A stretch of DNA of 64,000 nucleotides from Octopus sinensis (GCF_006345805.1 NC_043015.1:35526001-35590000), one strand, 5' to 3'; counted from the stretch's first letter, positions 38,049-52,865 are shown. Translations and numbers: made by a program. Notes: a model not told the origin generated them from the letters alone.

Positions 38049-38268
38049 AATTGCAGCGTGGAAGGTGTTCATAAGCCATTTAAAACACAAAAATTGTTAG
38101 GTTCTCTTCAACATTTTAATTTAAGTTGCCAAAATATTTTCATCGCTTTGAGACTGCAACCTGTACACCCGACAAAATTTCGTGCCACACGGAATATAAA
38201 TGTTGAAGTGAATCTAACGGGTTTTTGTGTGATGTAAATGGTTTATAAACACCTTCCACGCTGCAATT
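38049..38268. mobile_element. MITE/fold-back with ~75-bp imperfect inverted arms
   Basis: aattgcagcgtggaaggtgttcataagccattt.. mirrors ..aaatggtttataaacaccttccacgctgcaatt. Confidence 0.85.
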
Positions 38269-40229
38269 ATATATTTATATATATTTCTTTTTTGGGATTT
38301 GGTTTGCAAGATTCTTTATATGAGTTCATGTGTTGAAGCATATTCTGTTTCGTCTGGGGAGAGTCATTCTCTTTTGGTGCCTTATAGTTTAACACACTCA
38401 CCGGTAAAAATTCCACTTATATCTTTTTTATTTTCTTAAAATTTTCGTGGCGTCTTGCAAACTTTTCAAGAGTTATGTTTCTTCATATATATATATATAT
38501 ATATAATAGAAGAAATTAAGATAAATAAACTTTATATAATTTGTTCCCTACGTACATTTCACCATTGTGGTTATTTGCAGCTCCTGCAGTGGATGTTCCA
38601 TTCGTAATGGAATGCGGAACAACTGCAGATCATCAGTAATCAATTTTTCTGCATTATGTTACGCTGATCAAATACATTTGATCTAAATAGTATAAAGTAA
38701 AAAAGGTATTCGCTTGATGACTATTGTCCAGCATTTTATGACACGATCTATCTTAAGCAAAAAATCACAATAAACATTATCTCATCGTGTCTAAGTTATT
38801 GTTCTACGCAGATCCTGTCCTTAGCTGCGGTTCTTATAAGTTCAACAAACTGTAGAACTAAATTATACCGCAGGCCATGTCTGCTGACACTCACCTATTA
38901 CGTGTTCACTGTTCATTCCTTCAAATCTCTTTACTACGCTTTCGATGCACAAACTTTCTTTTATCGTAGTGAATGTTGAATTATGTATATTTTTGTGAAG
39001 TCAATATTTTAACCTCGACCATGAGTTCACCGTGAGAATGGAAGTCTCGATCTTGTCGATTTGTCTTTGAAATGCTGCTTTTTTCTGACAGAGAATAGCA
39101 TTAATATTAATGCAATCTTCACTAGGAATGAGAAAAGCGGTGTTATCATTGCAACCTGAGTATACTCAAATTATTTAATAAATAAATAGATGACTATGTA
39201 TTTGCACCCACAAGCCCGCACAGCCACTCACACACACATAAGTATATGTTTGTACATACATATATATATGTGCGTCTATGTTTATATGTGTGTGTGTGTG
39301 ATATATATATATATATATATATATTCGTGAGAACATATTGCTGGACACATCAATCGTTTAGTAAATTTGCGTCACAATCCCGTCGAGTGTATTTTCTATT
39401 GTCGGACTAAATAGCTAATTCCCTTGCGCTTATGCTTAAGAAAACCTATTCTCTATGATAAATAATACATAAATGTCCTTCCATGGGTGATAATATACTG
39501 ACATAACAGTCTGTGGTGTTCTTTTGATGTCGAAATAAATTTGATTTACATTTACTGACACCCTTTATAGAATTGAAATAATTTCGTTATGTTTGATTGT
39601 TTGTTGGTTTATTGTGTGTTTTTCTTGTTTTTCTTGTTTATTGCATTCTACATCTTCCTGTTCCCCCTCCTCTTCATTGTCTCTTCACTTCTGACTTCAA
39701 TCGTAAATTATTTTCCGGTTTATTGTGAAATAGTAAATGACTAAATGAAATAATTGATGAGTGACTCATTTAAGCTGATTTTTAAATACTCTAATTGACA
39801 TATCGCTACTGTTCTTTGTGACCTTGATGTTGTTATTGCTTGAATAAGTTTGCTCTATGAATATTAAATAAAAAATAATAGACAAGATGTAAAAAAAATT
39901 ACAAAAGATCACGTGTGAAAGATAGAAATTGTTAAAGGTTATAATACTTATTTCTGATTTTTAATGATTTTGATTGAAAAAAAGCAATATTATTTTTACG
40001 CTTCCTACACGCAAGAACACAAAAACCTCTGCCAATCACCACCAGCTGCATAACAAGTGGAGTCTAACAAACTGCTAGAACAAGCAGTCAAATCCTCTTT
40101 GAACAAACCGTTTTAAAATAGAAAGCTAGAAGACAATTAGCAATTTCATTCCTTTATTCTCTCCTTCCCTCCATCAATTTATCAGATCTTGAGGTACTTC
40201 TTCCATTGGGTTCTATCAGAAGCAACGTT

Positions 40230-40640
40230 CATTATATTTTCCGGATGGATTACCGGAAAGTGAGACTATGGATAGAATTCACTGACCTTGTTCTCAGTCT
40301 ACTCCCAGTTTTCTGCTAGTTGACTAGGCTCGAAGAATCGGTCTTGTGATTTCTTCCTGCGGCTTTCTAATTACTGTATTACTAGAGTTATAGTCTCTTA
40401 ATGCACCTTGTGGAGTAAAATTACTCCAGAGATAATTCCAAACAGCCATTGTTTTCCGGCTGTTTGTACTCACGATCTTACTCTTTCATTCATGACAATA
40501 GTTGAGGACAAGCGCGGAAACAAAATTGGAAGTAAACGTTCTGCCAACCTCTCCTCTTCTGGGGACCGAATGTTCGAGTTAATGGGCAAAATATTGGATG
40601 GTCAATACTCTAAAATTATTCAAGGTCGGAGGTAATCGAT
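40230..40640 (+). mobile_element. Very decayed CR1-like ORF2 fragment (endonuclease-RT linker)
   Basis: Fragments DLVLS, LGS..., WSKIT..I....CFP are in the order expected for CR1 ORF2; many stops. Confidence 0.3.
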
Positions 40641-41882
40641 CTCACTTTACAAGAATGAAGGTGTCTCTCACGCTACATTCTTGGTGATTATGATACCAAA
40701 AGATTGAGCTGAGAAAACCCTTCATCGGCGAAGGTTGACCACGCACCTGCATATATTTGCTCAGCTCTAGGAAAGATATTCTGAGGACGAATTGTAGTCA
40801 CTCCTGCATGTATGCGTCCTCTCTACGTTACTGATATTTATCTAGCTGTAAGGTCGCATACTTGATACAAATTGGAACCAGTTGTCGAGGCAGTGTTGTT
40901 GCCAGAATTCAAAAAAGCAAGGTCAGACACTGCAAGGCATCTCACACAACTTTCTTATTGATCTTCTCATTTCCCACCCTTGGATTCATACATTTTTCCG
41001 ACTCGGAAAGGACAAGTTGACCTCGGCGGGATTTGAATTGAGAGCGCAGTGTTAAAACAAATAACGCTACCAGGCATTCTATCCAAATCTCTAACAGCCC
41101 CAGTAATTTGTCGCCTTAAAAGTGCAAACCGATATTCACTCTATAACCGGGCCCTTTTGATCCCACTGGCTTCTCGTTTACTCGTCACATTCCCATGTTA
41201 TACATTAAAAACTTCATCTATTAGTTCTCTTTAGCTAATCGATATTGAGGTATTTACACTGAATGCCGGTCATGTTCATCTCACCAGTAAACGGATGACC
41301 TACAAACTCCATCCAGACACTCATTTATATTCACTAAACCTACTGTCATGAGGAGAAAGACCTTAATTAGGCCGATATCACGACATTAACATTAACTTAC
41401 TTGAAATGAGATTAATTATCTTTTTCTTCAGCAATGCTGCCGTATTAACACGTTTTTCTAAAGTATTTACATTTTTCTAACCACCGACCTGAATAGGTGA
41501 GAAGTTATTCCTTCATTTATTTGTATGTTCACAGATTGTGTAAGTTCACCGCGTTCTTATATACGCTAAGTGTGTTGTACTTTACTTTGCGTTTCAACTC
41601 TGTAGTTATGTACGTGCATAGAGTTACCACCTAATTTGCTACACACACATGCACGGAGCACTGAGATATGTAACACACTGCCTAAATACCAATCTTGAGA
41701 AATTATGCTTCTCAAAACCAGAAAGCTGATTCGAAAACTACAGATCCAAGATATCACTAGAATTGTGAAAATCTGTAAAACTTTCTTGGAGTTTATCATT
41801 TAAGTATATATGAACATGTCTAGATATGCAACTATATGCGTAAGAATACATTCGCAAAACAAAATATACATGTATATGTTTC

Positions 41883-42112
41883 GTGTATCTTCCGGTGGCT
41901 GCAATGGCGTGGCGGAATATATAACTCTCAAGTCAATGGTGTTAAAAAAAATTGTACAATCCACAAAAATGGCGAAATATCGATGTCCACCACTCCAAAT
42001 CGGATTGAGGGTGAGTTATCCTCCCTATCCCTGAATCCAGAGATGTTTTCTAATACCGCTGACTTGAGAGTTATATAGTCTGACGCACCATTGCAGCCAT
42101 CGGAAAATACAC
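41883..42112. mobile_element. MITE with ~70-bp imperfect TIRs
   Basis: gtgtatcttccggtggctgcaatgg..tatataactctcaagtca mirrors tgacttgagagttatata..ccattgcagccatcggaaaatacac; the ORF track shows near-identical peptides on both strands. Confidence 0.85.
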
Positions 42113-42113
42113 A

Positions 42114-42170
<57 letters not shown>

Positions 42171-42479
42171 TAGTATATGCATTTAATAATATATATGTAT
42201 GTGTGAGCGTTTATGTGTATATGTGTGTGTGTGTGCAGAATGGGCTTCATTCAGGTTCCGTCTACCAAATCCACCCACAAGGCTTGGTCAGTCCAAGATT
42301 ATTGTAGAAGTCAATTGCCCCAGGTGCCACACAATACACACAGCTCGGGAGGGATGGAAGCAAAGTTAGCCTACCTGGGATTTGAAAGCAGAACGTAAAG
42401 AGCCGAAATACCACAGAATGTGGGATAACCAACCGACTTCAATCAAATAATTAACCAAAAATGACGTTGCTCAACAGCT

Positions 42480-43060
42480 ATCACGTGACTTTATTCTTCC
42501 AAACATTTTCATCTTTCTTTCACAATATCTTTCTTTCATTCTTTGTTTCTTTCCTTCCTTCTTACCACCTTTATTAGTTTCTTTCCCCTTTCTTTCCTTT
42601 TCTTTCCTTTCTTCTTTACTATTTTCAGATTTATATTTTCTCTCCTTTGCTTCCAACTTTATAATTCACTTTGTTCTTTTTATTCGTAATCTTCCGTCTT
42701 CATCCTCCACCTCCTCCTCCTCCTCCTCCTCCTCCTCCTTCCTTTATTTTTCTTCATCTTCCTTCTTCTCCATTTTCATCTTCCTTTTGCATATTCTTCT
42801 TCATCTTCATTCTGCATTCTCCATCTTTATCTTCATTCTTCTTTTCCTTCGTCTTCATATTTTTTGCTTCAGTTTTCTTCTTCCGCCTCTTCCTCTTCAT
42901 TCTTCTTCTCCATCTTCATTCTTCATCATCTTTTTCGTCTTTTTCATTCTTTTTCTTTGCCTTTTCTCCTCCTTTTTCTTCTTCTTCTCCTCCTCCTTCT
43001 TCGTCTTCTCCTTCGTCTTCTCTTCTTCCGGTTCTTCCCTCTTTAGCTTCTTCTTAATGC
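42480..43060. repeat. Polypyrimidine (CTT/CCT)n low-complexity tract
   Basis: ~600 bp composed almost entirely of C and T triplet repeats. Confidence 0.9.
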
Positions 43061-43339
43061 CTTCATTTTCGTTCTTAATTTCATTTTATTATACTTTATT
43101 TATTTCATTCTATATTATTTTTATGTTAATATATTTTTGTTATTTATTCCAAAGCCAATCAGGATTGCTTGAAAGTGAAGAGCAATCACTGCAGGAAATC
43201 AAAGACTAAAAGAGACCATTTAAATGCTAAACAGCATGGAAGATTTAATCTTGGAGTGTTTTACAGAAGGCGATCATTCACATGGAGATTATTGGAGAAG
43301 AAGGACAACGACGGCAGCGACCGAATGGATGACAGTTGA

Positions 43340-44790
43340 TTCCAGACAGCAACAACTGACACCACCACCGCCACCCCCACCACCACAGCCGCTTCCACCC
43401 CCACCGCTAGCATCTCATGCAACCATCACTACCACAACAATCATCATCAATGCTAGTATCAATACCACCGTCATCATCCACCACACCATCACTGGCACCA
43501 CCTCCACCACCGCTAATGCTACCATTCCACCATTACCACTGCCACAAACAACAATAACGCCCACCACCCACAACGTCAGCTTGTCTGCCAATTCCACGAC
43601 GACGACCACCACCACCCCCATCACCACCAACACCACCACCTCCCAAGCAACAACAAATGCCTTGATCACCACCATCACATCCACTAAAAGTTACCATAAC
43701 AACACCAACACAAATATAACCACCACCGCTGCGCCGCCGCATTCACCAACACCTTTACCAACTCCACAAGTTCCACTACCATCAACAACAGCAGCAAAAA
43801 CCCACCACCGCCGCTACCACCTCTACGACTACCCATGTTACCACCATTAATACCACTAAGAACGTCGACCCCACCACCACCTCCACCACAATCAACCTCA
43901 ACACCAACAGCATTACTGGCGTGACTGCTACCGCCACCAAAGCTACACTGACCACCACCACCACCACCACCACCACCGATGCCTCTCATATTACGACCAC
44001 AATGATCACCACTACAACCTATACAGCATTCACAACCATCACCACTGCCATCATTATCATTAGCAACAACAGCAAGATCATCCGCCTTTCCACTAACGAT
44101 CACCACATCACCAGCACTCACCAAAGCCCGCCACTATCATCACCAACAGCAGCAGCACAACCACCACCACTACAACCTCCGTCACCTATACTCACTTCAT
44201 ACAACAACTACTACTACCACCACCACCCCATCACCAGCACCACTACCACCACCATCACCATCTCCACAATCACCAATAGCAGCGAATCGAAAGACTCTAC
44301 GCTATCAAGAAAGAAAATCTCCTCACCTCTCCCTACTATAGCAACACCTTCACTATCCCATCGAGAATTCTACCATAACACCCCACCAACCTCACAGCCA
44401 CCATCAGTAGCAAAAACTACCACCTCCTCCGTTACCATCATCGTTACAAGCAACACCGCGCCACCGTCACCACACTCAAAAATGGTACCCAGAATAACCA
44501 CAACCTTGTCCAACTACTAGCACCAACGCAAGCAACAACACTCACCGCCATCTCATACACCACGAACATTTCACCACGAACAAGAGAAACACCATCACCA
44601 CCTCCTCCTCCATCAAGACAGACACCACCCGCAACACCGTCCTCTTCTCTACAACCAACACACCTCTGACAACACCACCAATGCCAAGCAGCGAAAACTA
44701 CCACCTACACAACAATCACCACCAGCAGCGAAAACTCTGCAGCTAACAAATACCACCACCACCATCACCAGCAACAACAACACTAACACC
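43340..44790. repeat. Degenerate (CAC/CAA/CAT)n low-complexity tract
   Basis: ~1.45 kb C/A-rich triplet mosaic; source of the Thr/His/Pro-rich ORFs in the track. Confidence 0.9.
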
Positions 44791-46589
44791 AACAAACCCT
44801 CTTTGTATTACTTAAATACACATGTCTGATTGTCATCGAAATATTCATAGTGAGGCTTCGACAGAATACTAAACATGGCCAAACTGTGAACTGAACAAGT
44901 CTTCACAATTGTTCCCATTGTTTCCTTGCCAACACAAAGAATGGCCCTGCATCATGTATGGAAATGCATCAATTTCTAAATGGCATTTTAATTTACAGGT
45001 TTGAAAATAGTGTCGCTTCTTGTGGTGGTTGTATTGCTGTTAGTGGTGGTGGAAAAGTGGTGGTGGTGATTGTGGCAATGGTAGTGAGGAAGAACGATAA
45101 ATATATATAATACACGACTATACATACACAAACGAAGTAATGAAACGAATAATTGTCACTGGTTCAGAAACAACTGAAGAGGCGAATGATCACCGAAACA
45201 TCCAGACGCCTCACGTGACCTTAGAGAAAATTGTCCGGCTTTATCTAGATGAGATCGAGATATGAGATCAATTTTTTACGACTGACGAAAATCACCGGTT
45301 ATCTTTGAACTGTACAAACTTATCGATTCAATATCACGCTATAATAAACTAATTCTTAATGCTTCGGCCTTTGCAGTGCATCGACATCAGAGAGACCGAA
45401 ACTTAGAAGCCGCTGTTAAACCTCTCCGTGTAAAAATTAATAAACACGATACGATTCTAAAAACTATTGAGTATCACGGCTGTTTGTCCACTGATTTTGC
45501 ACATTACTTGACTTAAAAAAAAACATACACACTCACGCACATATTCACATACACACACAGGCATATATGCGCACATACACATATATGTTATAAGTATTTT
45601 CTTACGACTGTCTGATGATCGTTTACGTGAAACCTCGAGCTTTTGACTTGCAAGTTAAACGAAACGTTAATGTTTTTAATGTCACCTCCTCAAAGTGTCT
45701 GTGAAGGTCTCGTGTACAATCCATTCCTCCAAACATGAGTTATATAATCTCCTTGTATCAGCATCATAGTCGTAATGTCATAGATGTAACGACATTGTTG
45801 AAATAGAATTAAATAAAATATACTTAATTCATTGTTAGAATAAAAATTTATTCGAAATTCCTGACGTCTAAAACATTTTTATTTACATGTTCTGATTGAC
45901 TGAAGATAAATCTATAATCAGATTTTATCACTTGAGACTAACATCAAAATTTAAAATCGATTTGTGTCTGTGTGTATTCTCAGAAGATAAACAGTCACAG
46001 ATTTGGTGAGCAGTTCTTTACTGCTGACAATTCGAATTCCTTTGCAGAATTTTTTTGGGGCTGAATGTGCAGTAAGTTCTAATACCAGCAAGGTTATTTG
46101 TGCCTTTCATCCTTCTGGGGTCATGAAATAATGTAACAGTCCCGAGTAAATGATTAGTCGAGTTATGAGACAATCTTCGCTTATATTAGTTTGATAGTGA
46201 CCTCGAATTTTCGATTTCAGAACTGTCATTAAACTGTGATTTTCTTTGATTCTTTCTTGCTTATATTAATATTTGGTTGTTCGTTATTTTGTTGGTGGAG
46301 TAATGTAAATAAGAATTATGTAAAGCGGAAGTAGATTTAGGAAGGAGTAGTGTAGGAAGCGGAGGAGGAAATAGAAAAGAAGAGGAGGAAACTCCGTCTT
46401 TGCAGGAAATGGGTAGATAAAGTCGTATAATGAAGAGAGCTACTTTGGTTTGATACAGCGATTTTGATATTATTTACCTTTCATTCATATAAGAAGGTGG
46501 AAAAATAAACTGTGCCATATGCAAGTAGCGACCATCTTTGAAAATAAAAATGATTTTTATCCTGTTTTAGTGTTTACAAAACAATGATT

Positions 46590-47060
46590 AAAGATATGTT
46601 TCTTTATTAGCCACAGAGGGCTGAACACAGACGGGACAAATTATATAGAGCTTTTCTTTTGGGGGAGAAAAGTGGGGTAGGTTTTTGATCAAAAGGAATC
46701 GTAAAAAGGAAAGAAAAAAAACGATCAATAGGGATCGTGTATCACAGAAATGTCATGATGTAAAGTGTAAAGGGGGAAGCAGATAAGGTTTATCCGTGGA
46801 AAGAAATGCCTACGGAAAAAATACGGTAACCTCGGTCAATAATGTCACATGTTAACACATTTATTTGCAAGTAAGTAACTCTCTGTCTTAAAAATTTTCC
46901 GGGTTCATAGGATTATGCTCAAGGTGGCTTCGTCATTCATACGTGCCATCCTTGCTACATTCACCCAGCTTTTTTTAAACATTCGCTAGACAAAACTTGC
47001 TTCTCTACTCTCACTTTCCTTCTCAAGTGATACTTGAAAACAACTGTTTGCACTAGTGAG
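46590..47060 (-). mobile_element. Tx1/L1-like LINE 3' end
   Basis: Minus translation FKYHLRRKVRVEKQVLSSECLKK.WVNVARMARM resembles Tx1-type ORF2 C-termini; the 3' UTR ends ..gtggctaataaagaaacat. Confidence 0.6.
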
Positions 47061-48196
47061 GTCTAGCGGAAGTTGAGGTTTGTGTTATTTTATCTTTCTG
47101 TCAAGAAATTTTAAACTTCGACCAAAGTGATTGTGTTGTTATAAGCACTTATTAGGGTTTTCAAATCTGCATATGCTTGTTGCAATTTCTAGCTATAATA
47201 CAAAATAAATGTAAGCGAAATGCATGCATTTATCATAAACTATAATCCAGATAAACCCATAAAGATTATGTATTTTGCCAAACTTTTTCCATTGACGGAT
47301 CCTTTGAAGTCAGAATCAAGTTCTTCCTTGTAAAAATTAATAAAATGGTACTCTACAAAAACGTTTCGAGCAGTTCTTTTATCTTAATTGATATTTGTTT
47401 TATATATATAAACACACATACAAACACACACACATCGGTTGTAGATCATCCTCATTATTCTTTGCAATGATATATGAAACCCATTAAATACACTTAAATA
47501 CTAATCTCTCCACCCTGAAGACAGAGGCCAGGTTTACAGCAATGTTTATATGCATCCACTAATGGTTGCGTATTCTTGACATTTTGCACATTCCATCTGC
47601 CAACACGACAACTATTACATAATCCGATTCCCCAGAAACAGCCGGTTCTACTCTATGTAAATCCGGTCTGTAAATATTATATCTTCTGTCTTATACACGA
47701 ATGCTCATCGTTTGAATTTTTTCAGTTTTTGTTTCTTTGTTTATTGGAATCATTACGTCCATATCAGCTCACCTGGACTCCTCTTAAATATATTCTTTAA
47801 ATCACGACCTTAGTCCTCGATGAACATAAATAGTAAATTCAAATCATTTGAGCACTGCGACGTGTTTTCTATATCGAGCATCTCTGAATCTCACCTGTTG
47901 ACTCTCTCTCTCCCCCTGTAGACACACACACACACACACACACACACAGACGCACACACATTTATGTTGATATACAAGACAAGGAGAAGATCCATTGATC
48001 CCAGTGCAGGAAATTGGTAAGAATCAGGTAGTCTATGGCAAGGATAGAAACAAAAAGTGGACCGTGTACGGTCAGGAACAATAATTTATTGCCGTCGAGG
48101 GTTACGCACTTTTCCCCATATCGAAGTTACGAGCAAATTCGATAAGCTCAAAGTTTCTCTCTAGCTCAGGGTTAGCAACGAGTTGCAATGAATGCG

Positions 48197-48254
<58 letters not shown>

Positions 48255-49378
48255 GAGCGTGCGCATGTGTATAAATTTGTGAATGTATTTGTATATCATT
48301 TTATTCTATATTTTTTTGTTCATTGAAGGTATCAAAACTTTTGATGATAAGAACTGCTACACCTCATATCGAACCCCGTATTACTGCATACATATTTCAT
48401 TTCCTCTTTGATAATGGTAATTCCTTAGAAATATGAATAATGTGACAAATTCCGGTTTGATTCTGGTGACTGAACCGTAAAATACCGAGTGCTATCTCGG
48501 TACGATTCCACGTCAGTTTTCACAGAGCATGGAAGACAGATGAGAGATGGGAAACGAGGTAGGTTGCGAGCGAGGGAAAAAATATGAGACGTGATTCTGG
48601 TGAGATGTAGAAGAAAAAGTAGGAATGGTGAGTATTACAAAAGTATGATTGTTATGGATGTGTGACTGTGTAAGACACACAGACAGACAAAGCTAGAGAG
48701 AGAGAGAGAGAGAAGAGAATATTTGAGAGATAGAGGAGGTCCAGAATCGTGTATGCTGATAGAGAGAAAATATAAACCTGTGGAGAAAGGATGATGAAAT
48801 TAGATAGATAGATATAATGATAGAAAGACAGACTGGTAGAAAGAAAGACAGGTAGAATGAAAGACAGGTAGAAATATAGGTAGAAAGATAGAAAGATAGA
48901 TAGGTAGAGAAAGAGAGAGAGAGAAGAGGGGGTTGGGAGACAAAGAAAGAAAGTGAGGTTGAATGAGAGAAAGGATGATTGGGTAATAAAGTGGGAATGA
49001 AGGAGGAAAAGGGGAATTCAGAAGAGAGAAGAAAGTTGGGAGAGTGTCAGAGGTAGAGAGAGAGAGAGAGTGGGAGTGAAAAGGGGAAAGCGAGAAAGAG
49101 AGGAATTAAAGATTTGTAGACATCTAAATGCTGTGAGGCAGTGAGAGCTAGAGAGAGAGAGAAAGAGAGAGAGAGAGAGTGTGTGTGTGTGTGTGGGAAT
49201 ATGAGAAAGAGTAGGCAGACATATTCAAATGCTGACCGAGCGAGGTATAGAGAGACTGTGTAAGAGAGAGAGAGAGAGAAACGAAGATAGTGAAAGGGAG
49301 AGAGACAGAGAGAGATCGAGAGAAAAAAACATCAATAGATAGTTAGACAGACAGAGAGACAGAGAGACAGACATACAG

Positions 49379-49432
<54 letters not shown>

Positions 49433-50719
49433 ATAGAGGGAGAGAGAGAGAGATTCTCAGATATTGTTAAATGGGGACGAAGAAAGACAGAAATACATAG
49501 AAGCAAATAAATAAACCCCACCCCACCCCATAAAAATAAAACACAACAAAATAAGAAATTCTATTGATTCGCTCTGGTTTCGTCTTAGAATAAGGCAATC
49601 ATGAAATACCATTGATTACATCCAAAAAGGATTACATTAATCGAAGACGTTTGTGAAACTCCTCCTGCTATGTTTCGTATGCGGAATTGCAGCCTGTGTT
49701 CGGGTTGCTAAAAATAACACCTAAATTCTCACAAAATCACATGTTACCGTCTTCAAAAACTGAAACAAAATGGGCATAAGTGACTTTTACTAAGACAAAA
49801 GGAATAGATGGGTTTGGTTGGAGCTATTTTTGATCATATGTCTGTGAAAGCAAGGCTGACTAGACAAGGGCTACATCACAACACCACTCATACATGCACA
49901 ACATTACTCATATGCGCAACACCAATAAATGAAATGGATCTCAGTTGTTTTCGAAGATGACCACCAAGTTGCTTTCTAATTAAATTGATATCTCTCTATG
50001 TACAGTCACGTGTGCCCTTCATGCCCACACAGAACCAGTGTAACACTGTGTGTATGAGAGGGTTGCCACTCTTCATTTTACGGCCACATCCGGTCAGATG
50101 CCCTTCATTCACAAGGCTTGGATCGATGCAACACTTAATCTTTAATATTTTACATATTTCATTTATTCGAATGCGGCCATGCTGGACCATCGTCTTGAAA
50201 GGTTGTAGCCGAACTTATCAACTTAATCTTTTAATGCCTGGTACTTAATGTATCGGTTTCTATAGTCGAACCCCTAAGTCAACACCGACTAGCAAGCAGG
50301 TTACTGGGGAACACAAAAGACCCAAAGACACGCACACAAGCGCGTGCGCCCAGGTTCGCACGGACATAACGTCAACAAGTGTGTACGGGAAGGTCAGCTT
50401 CAGAATGTCTCTGATCACAAGTCTATTCCAACTGGCTTAACCTGTCACAAAACAGCATTATAGGCAGTACACACGTGCAGTAGCGTGCACTGCAAGCCAA
50501 GTTTTACGGAATGTCGTTGCTGATAACAAGTCTGCTCCCACTGGAACAAAGCTATGGTTAATAACATCCCAATTAAACAGCATCATACGCACTAGACACA
50601 CACACACACACACGCACGCACTCACACATCCATAAATAAGCACCCACATTGATCTGATGTGAAATATAAGACAAATTTGCCGTGTGTGTGTGTGTGTGTG
50701 TACGTATTACATTATCAGC

Positions 50720-50925
50720 ATTATTGGTACGATTGCCCACGGAAGTGACGTATAGCTGTAAGGACTGGAACAGAGAAACACAAGATTTCCGCCATATTGC
50801 AAACTTCAGCAGAAATCATTTTCTTTTTGGATGTAAACATTTGTCGACTTAGCAAAATTTTGCAGCAAAGAGAACGGAAGAAATCCTATCGAACGGGAAA
50901 ATGTAACATTACACACTTCCGGGAA
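50720..50925. promoter_or_regulatory. Promoter-like motif cluster (CCAAT, ETS-CRE composite, YY1, ETS)
   Basis: ATTGG 50723-50727, CGGAAGTGACGT 50740-50751, CCGCCATATT 50789-50798, ACTTCCGG 50915-50922. Confidence 0.4.
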
Positions 50926-51239
50926 ATATTTTTTTGAAGAAAATGTCTACGAAAACGTGATTGTACTTTGATTTTGAGATGTCTTTTCTTGTTCATTTTA
51001 GTTTTTGGTAAAACCAGAGTTTAGGTTTCTAAGAATATAAAAAATACAACAATCTTTCATGAATCAAAGGCCTTCTCTAGAATTTTGCTGCTGTGTAGTT
51101 AGCGACCGCATTTTAGAGTGATGGAGTTGAAGGCATCGAAATAATGATCGTAATCTTAAGCTCTGGATGACAGAAGAACAGAAAAATGTCAGAGGATGGA
51201 TGCTGCATCGAGATTAATAATAATAGCAATAATGATAAT

Positions 51240-51432
51240 AATTTCAAATTTCGTCAGAAAAACAGATATTTTGGGGGGAGATGTATCGATCATATTGACC
51301 CCAGTGTTCAACTGGTACTTAATTTATCAATCCTGAAAGGGTGAAAGGCAATGTCAACTTCAGCGGAATTTGAACTCAGAACGTAGGCATTTCGCCCGGC
51401 GTGCTAACAAATCTGCCAGCTCACCGCCTTAA
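51240..51432 (-). mobile_element. SINE family B
   Basis: accccagtgttcaactggtacttaatttatcaatcctgaaagggtgaaaggc..ggaatttgaactcagaacgt..gtgctaac..ctgccagctcaccgcctt. Confidence 0.85.
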
Positions 51433-51580
51433 CACCACCACCACCGTAAGCGGAAAAACTAATAACAGAACATGGAATTCTAGGAAAACATGTATCACTT
51501 CCTGACATCCGACGGATAAGCATCGCTAGAATATAGCCTATACATGCACTCATACATACATATATACTTGCACATGTATG

Positions 51581-51613
<33 letters not shown>

Positions 51614-51818
51614 ATACACACACGCACAAACACGCATATGTTTATATATATACAAATCCATGCATAAACAGATAGAGCCACACATGAATGAACATATATC
51701 AGATTCGATAAACATCAAAACCACCGGTTCATTGTTGTATTGTGCACTTTTAAGTTTTGCTATCAAAATGTAAAAAGATATTAAATATACGTACATATGT
51801 AAATACATGTATACGTAC

Positions 51819-51878
<60 letters not shown>

Positions 51879-52070
51879 CATACATATAAACAAACATACA
51901 TAAATACATATCTTTGATAGAATACTATCCATACATGCATGCATATATACACGTATATATATACGCTTGTATACTTGTGTATATAAATGTATATATGTAT
52001 AAAAATTATGCATATATGTATATTTATATAAATATGCATATTTATATCTTCATGTATGTAGATACATGTT

Positions 52071-52108
<38 letters not shown>

Positions 52109-52262
52109 ACTTATAGATACAAATGTCTATATTTGTATGTATGAATGTATGTATCCATCGATCTCTCTGTCTATCTCTCTCTCTATATATACATAAGTAT
52201 ACACACACATATATAAATCTATATCTTATATATACATTTATGTACCAATACATACATGCATG

Positions 52263-52308
<46 letters not shown>

Positions 52309-52865
52309 CATACACACACACATTATCATCCTGTGTACCCACACAGATGCATATTCGCTCATGACACTTGAGTATCCTCGCCTTTCAGACATTACAGACA
52401 GAATTTATTGCCATTTTCCGTAGAATAATGGACTCGGAATATAGCGTCATCTTATTGTCTGCCATAAGTTTTAATGTGAATATACGTTGATCGTTACACA
52501 CGCATACACATGTATGTATGTATGTATGTATGTATGTTTGTATATATAATTTTCTATCTTTTATCATTCACTTCTTACAGTCGTTAGATTACGGCCATGT
52601 TGGGGACCATCTTTAATCTCCTATGGGTAGATAAACACACCAACACCGTTTGTCAAGCATTGGTAGTAGACAGAGACAACCCAAATACATACAGAGATAT
52701 ACGATGGGGTTTGATTCGTTTCACCTCTACCTAATACACTCCAAAGTCTTTCGTTGGCTCGAGCTTATGGTAGACCACACTTGGCCAAGTTGTCACAGAG
52801 TCAGTCTGAACGAGGAACCATCTGGTCGGGAATCAAATTTATAAATACAAATCTCTCTCTCTCTA

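Noticed and set aside
43224-44520. 208-aa and 199-aa Thr/Pro/His-rich ORFs resembling a mucin
   Set aside because: They arise from a degenerate CAC/CAA triplet tract that lacks stops in several frames; no signal peptide, splice structure or defined repeat unit.
45168-45210. ctgaagaggcgaatgatcaccgaaac hammerhead-like core
   Set aside because: Core and partial stem II are present, but there is no NUH triplet or stem I partner; at best a dead remnant.
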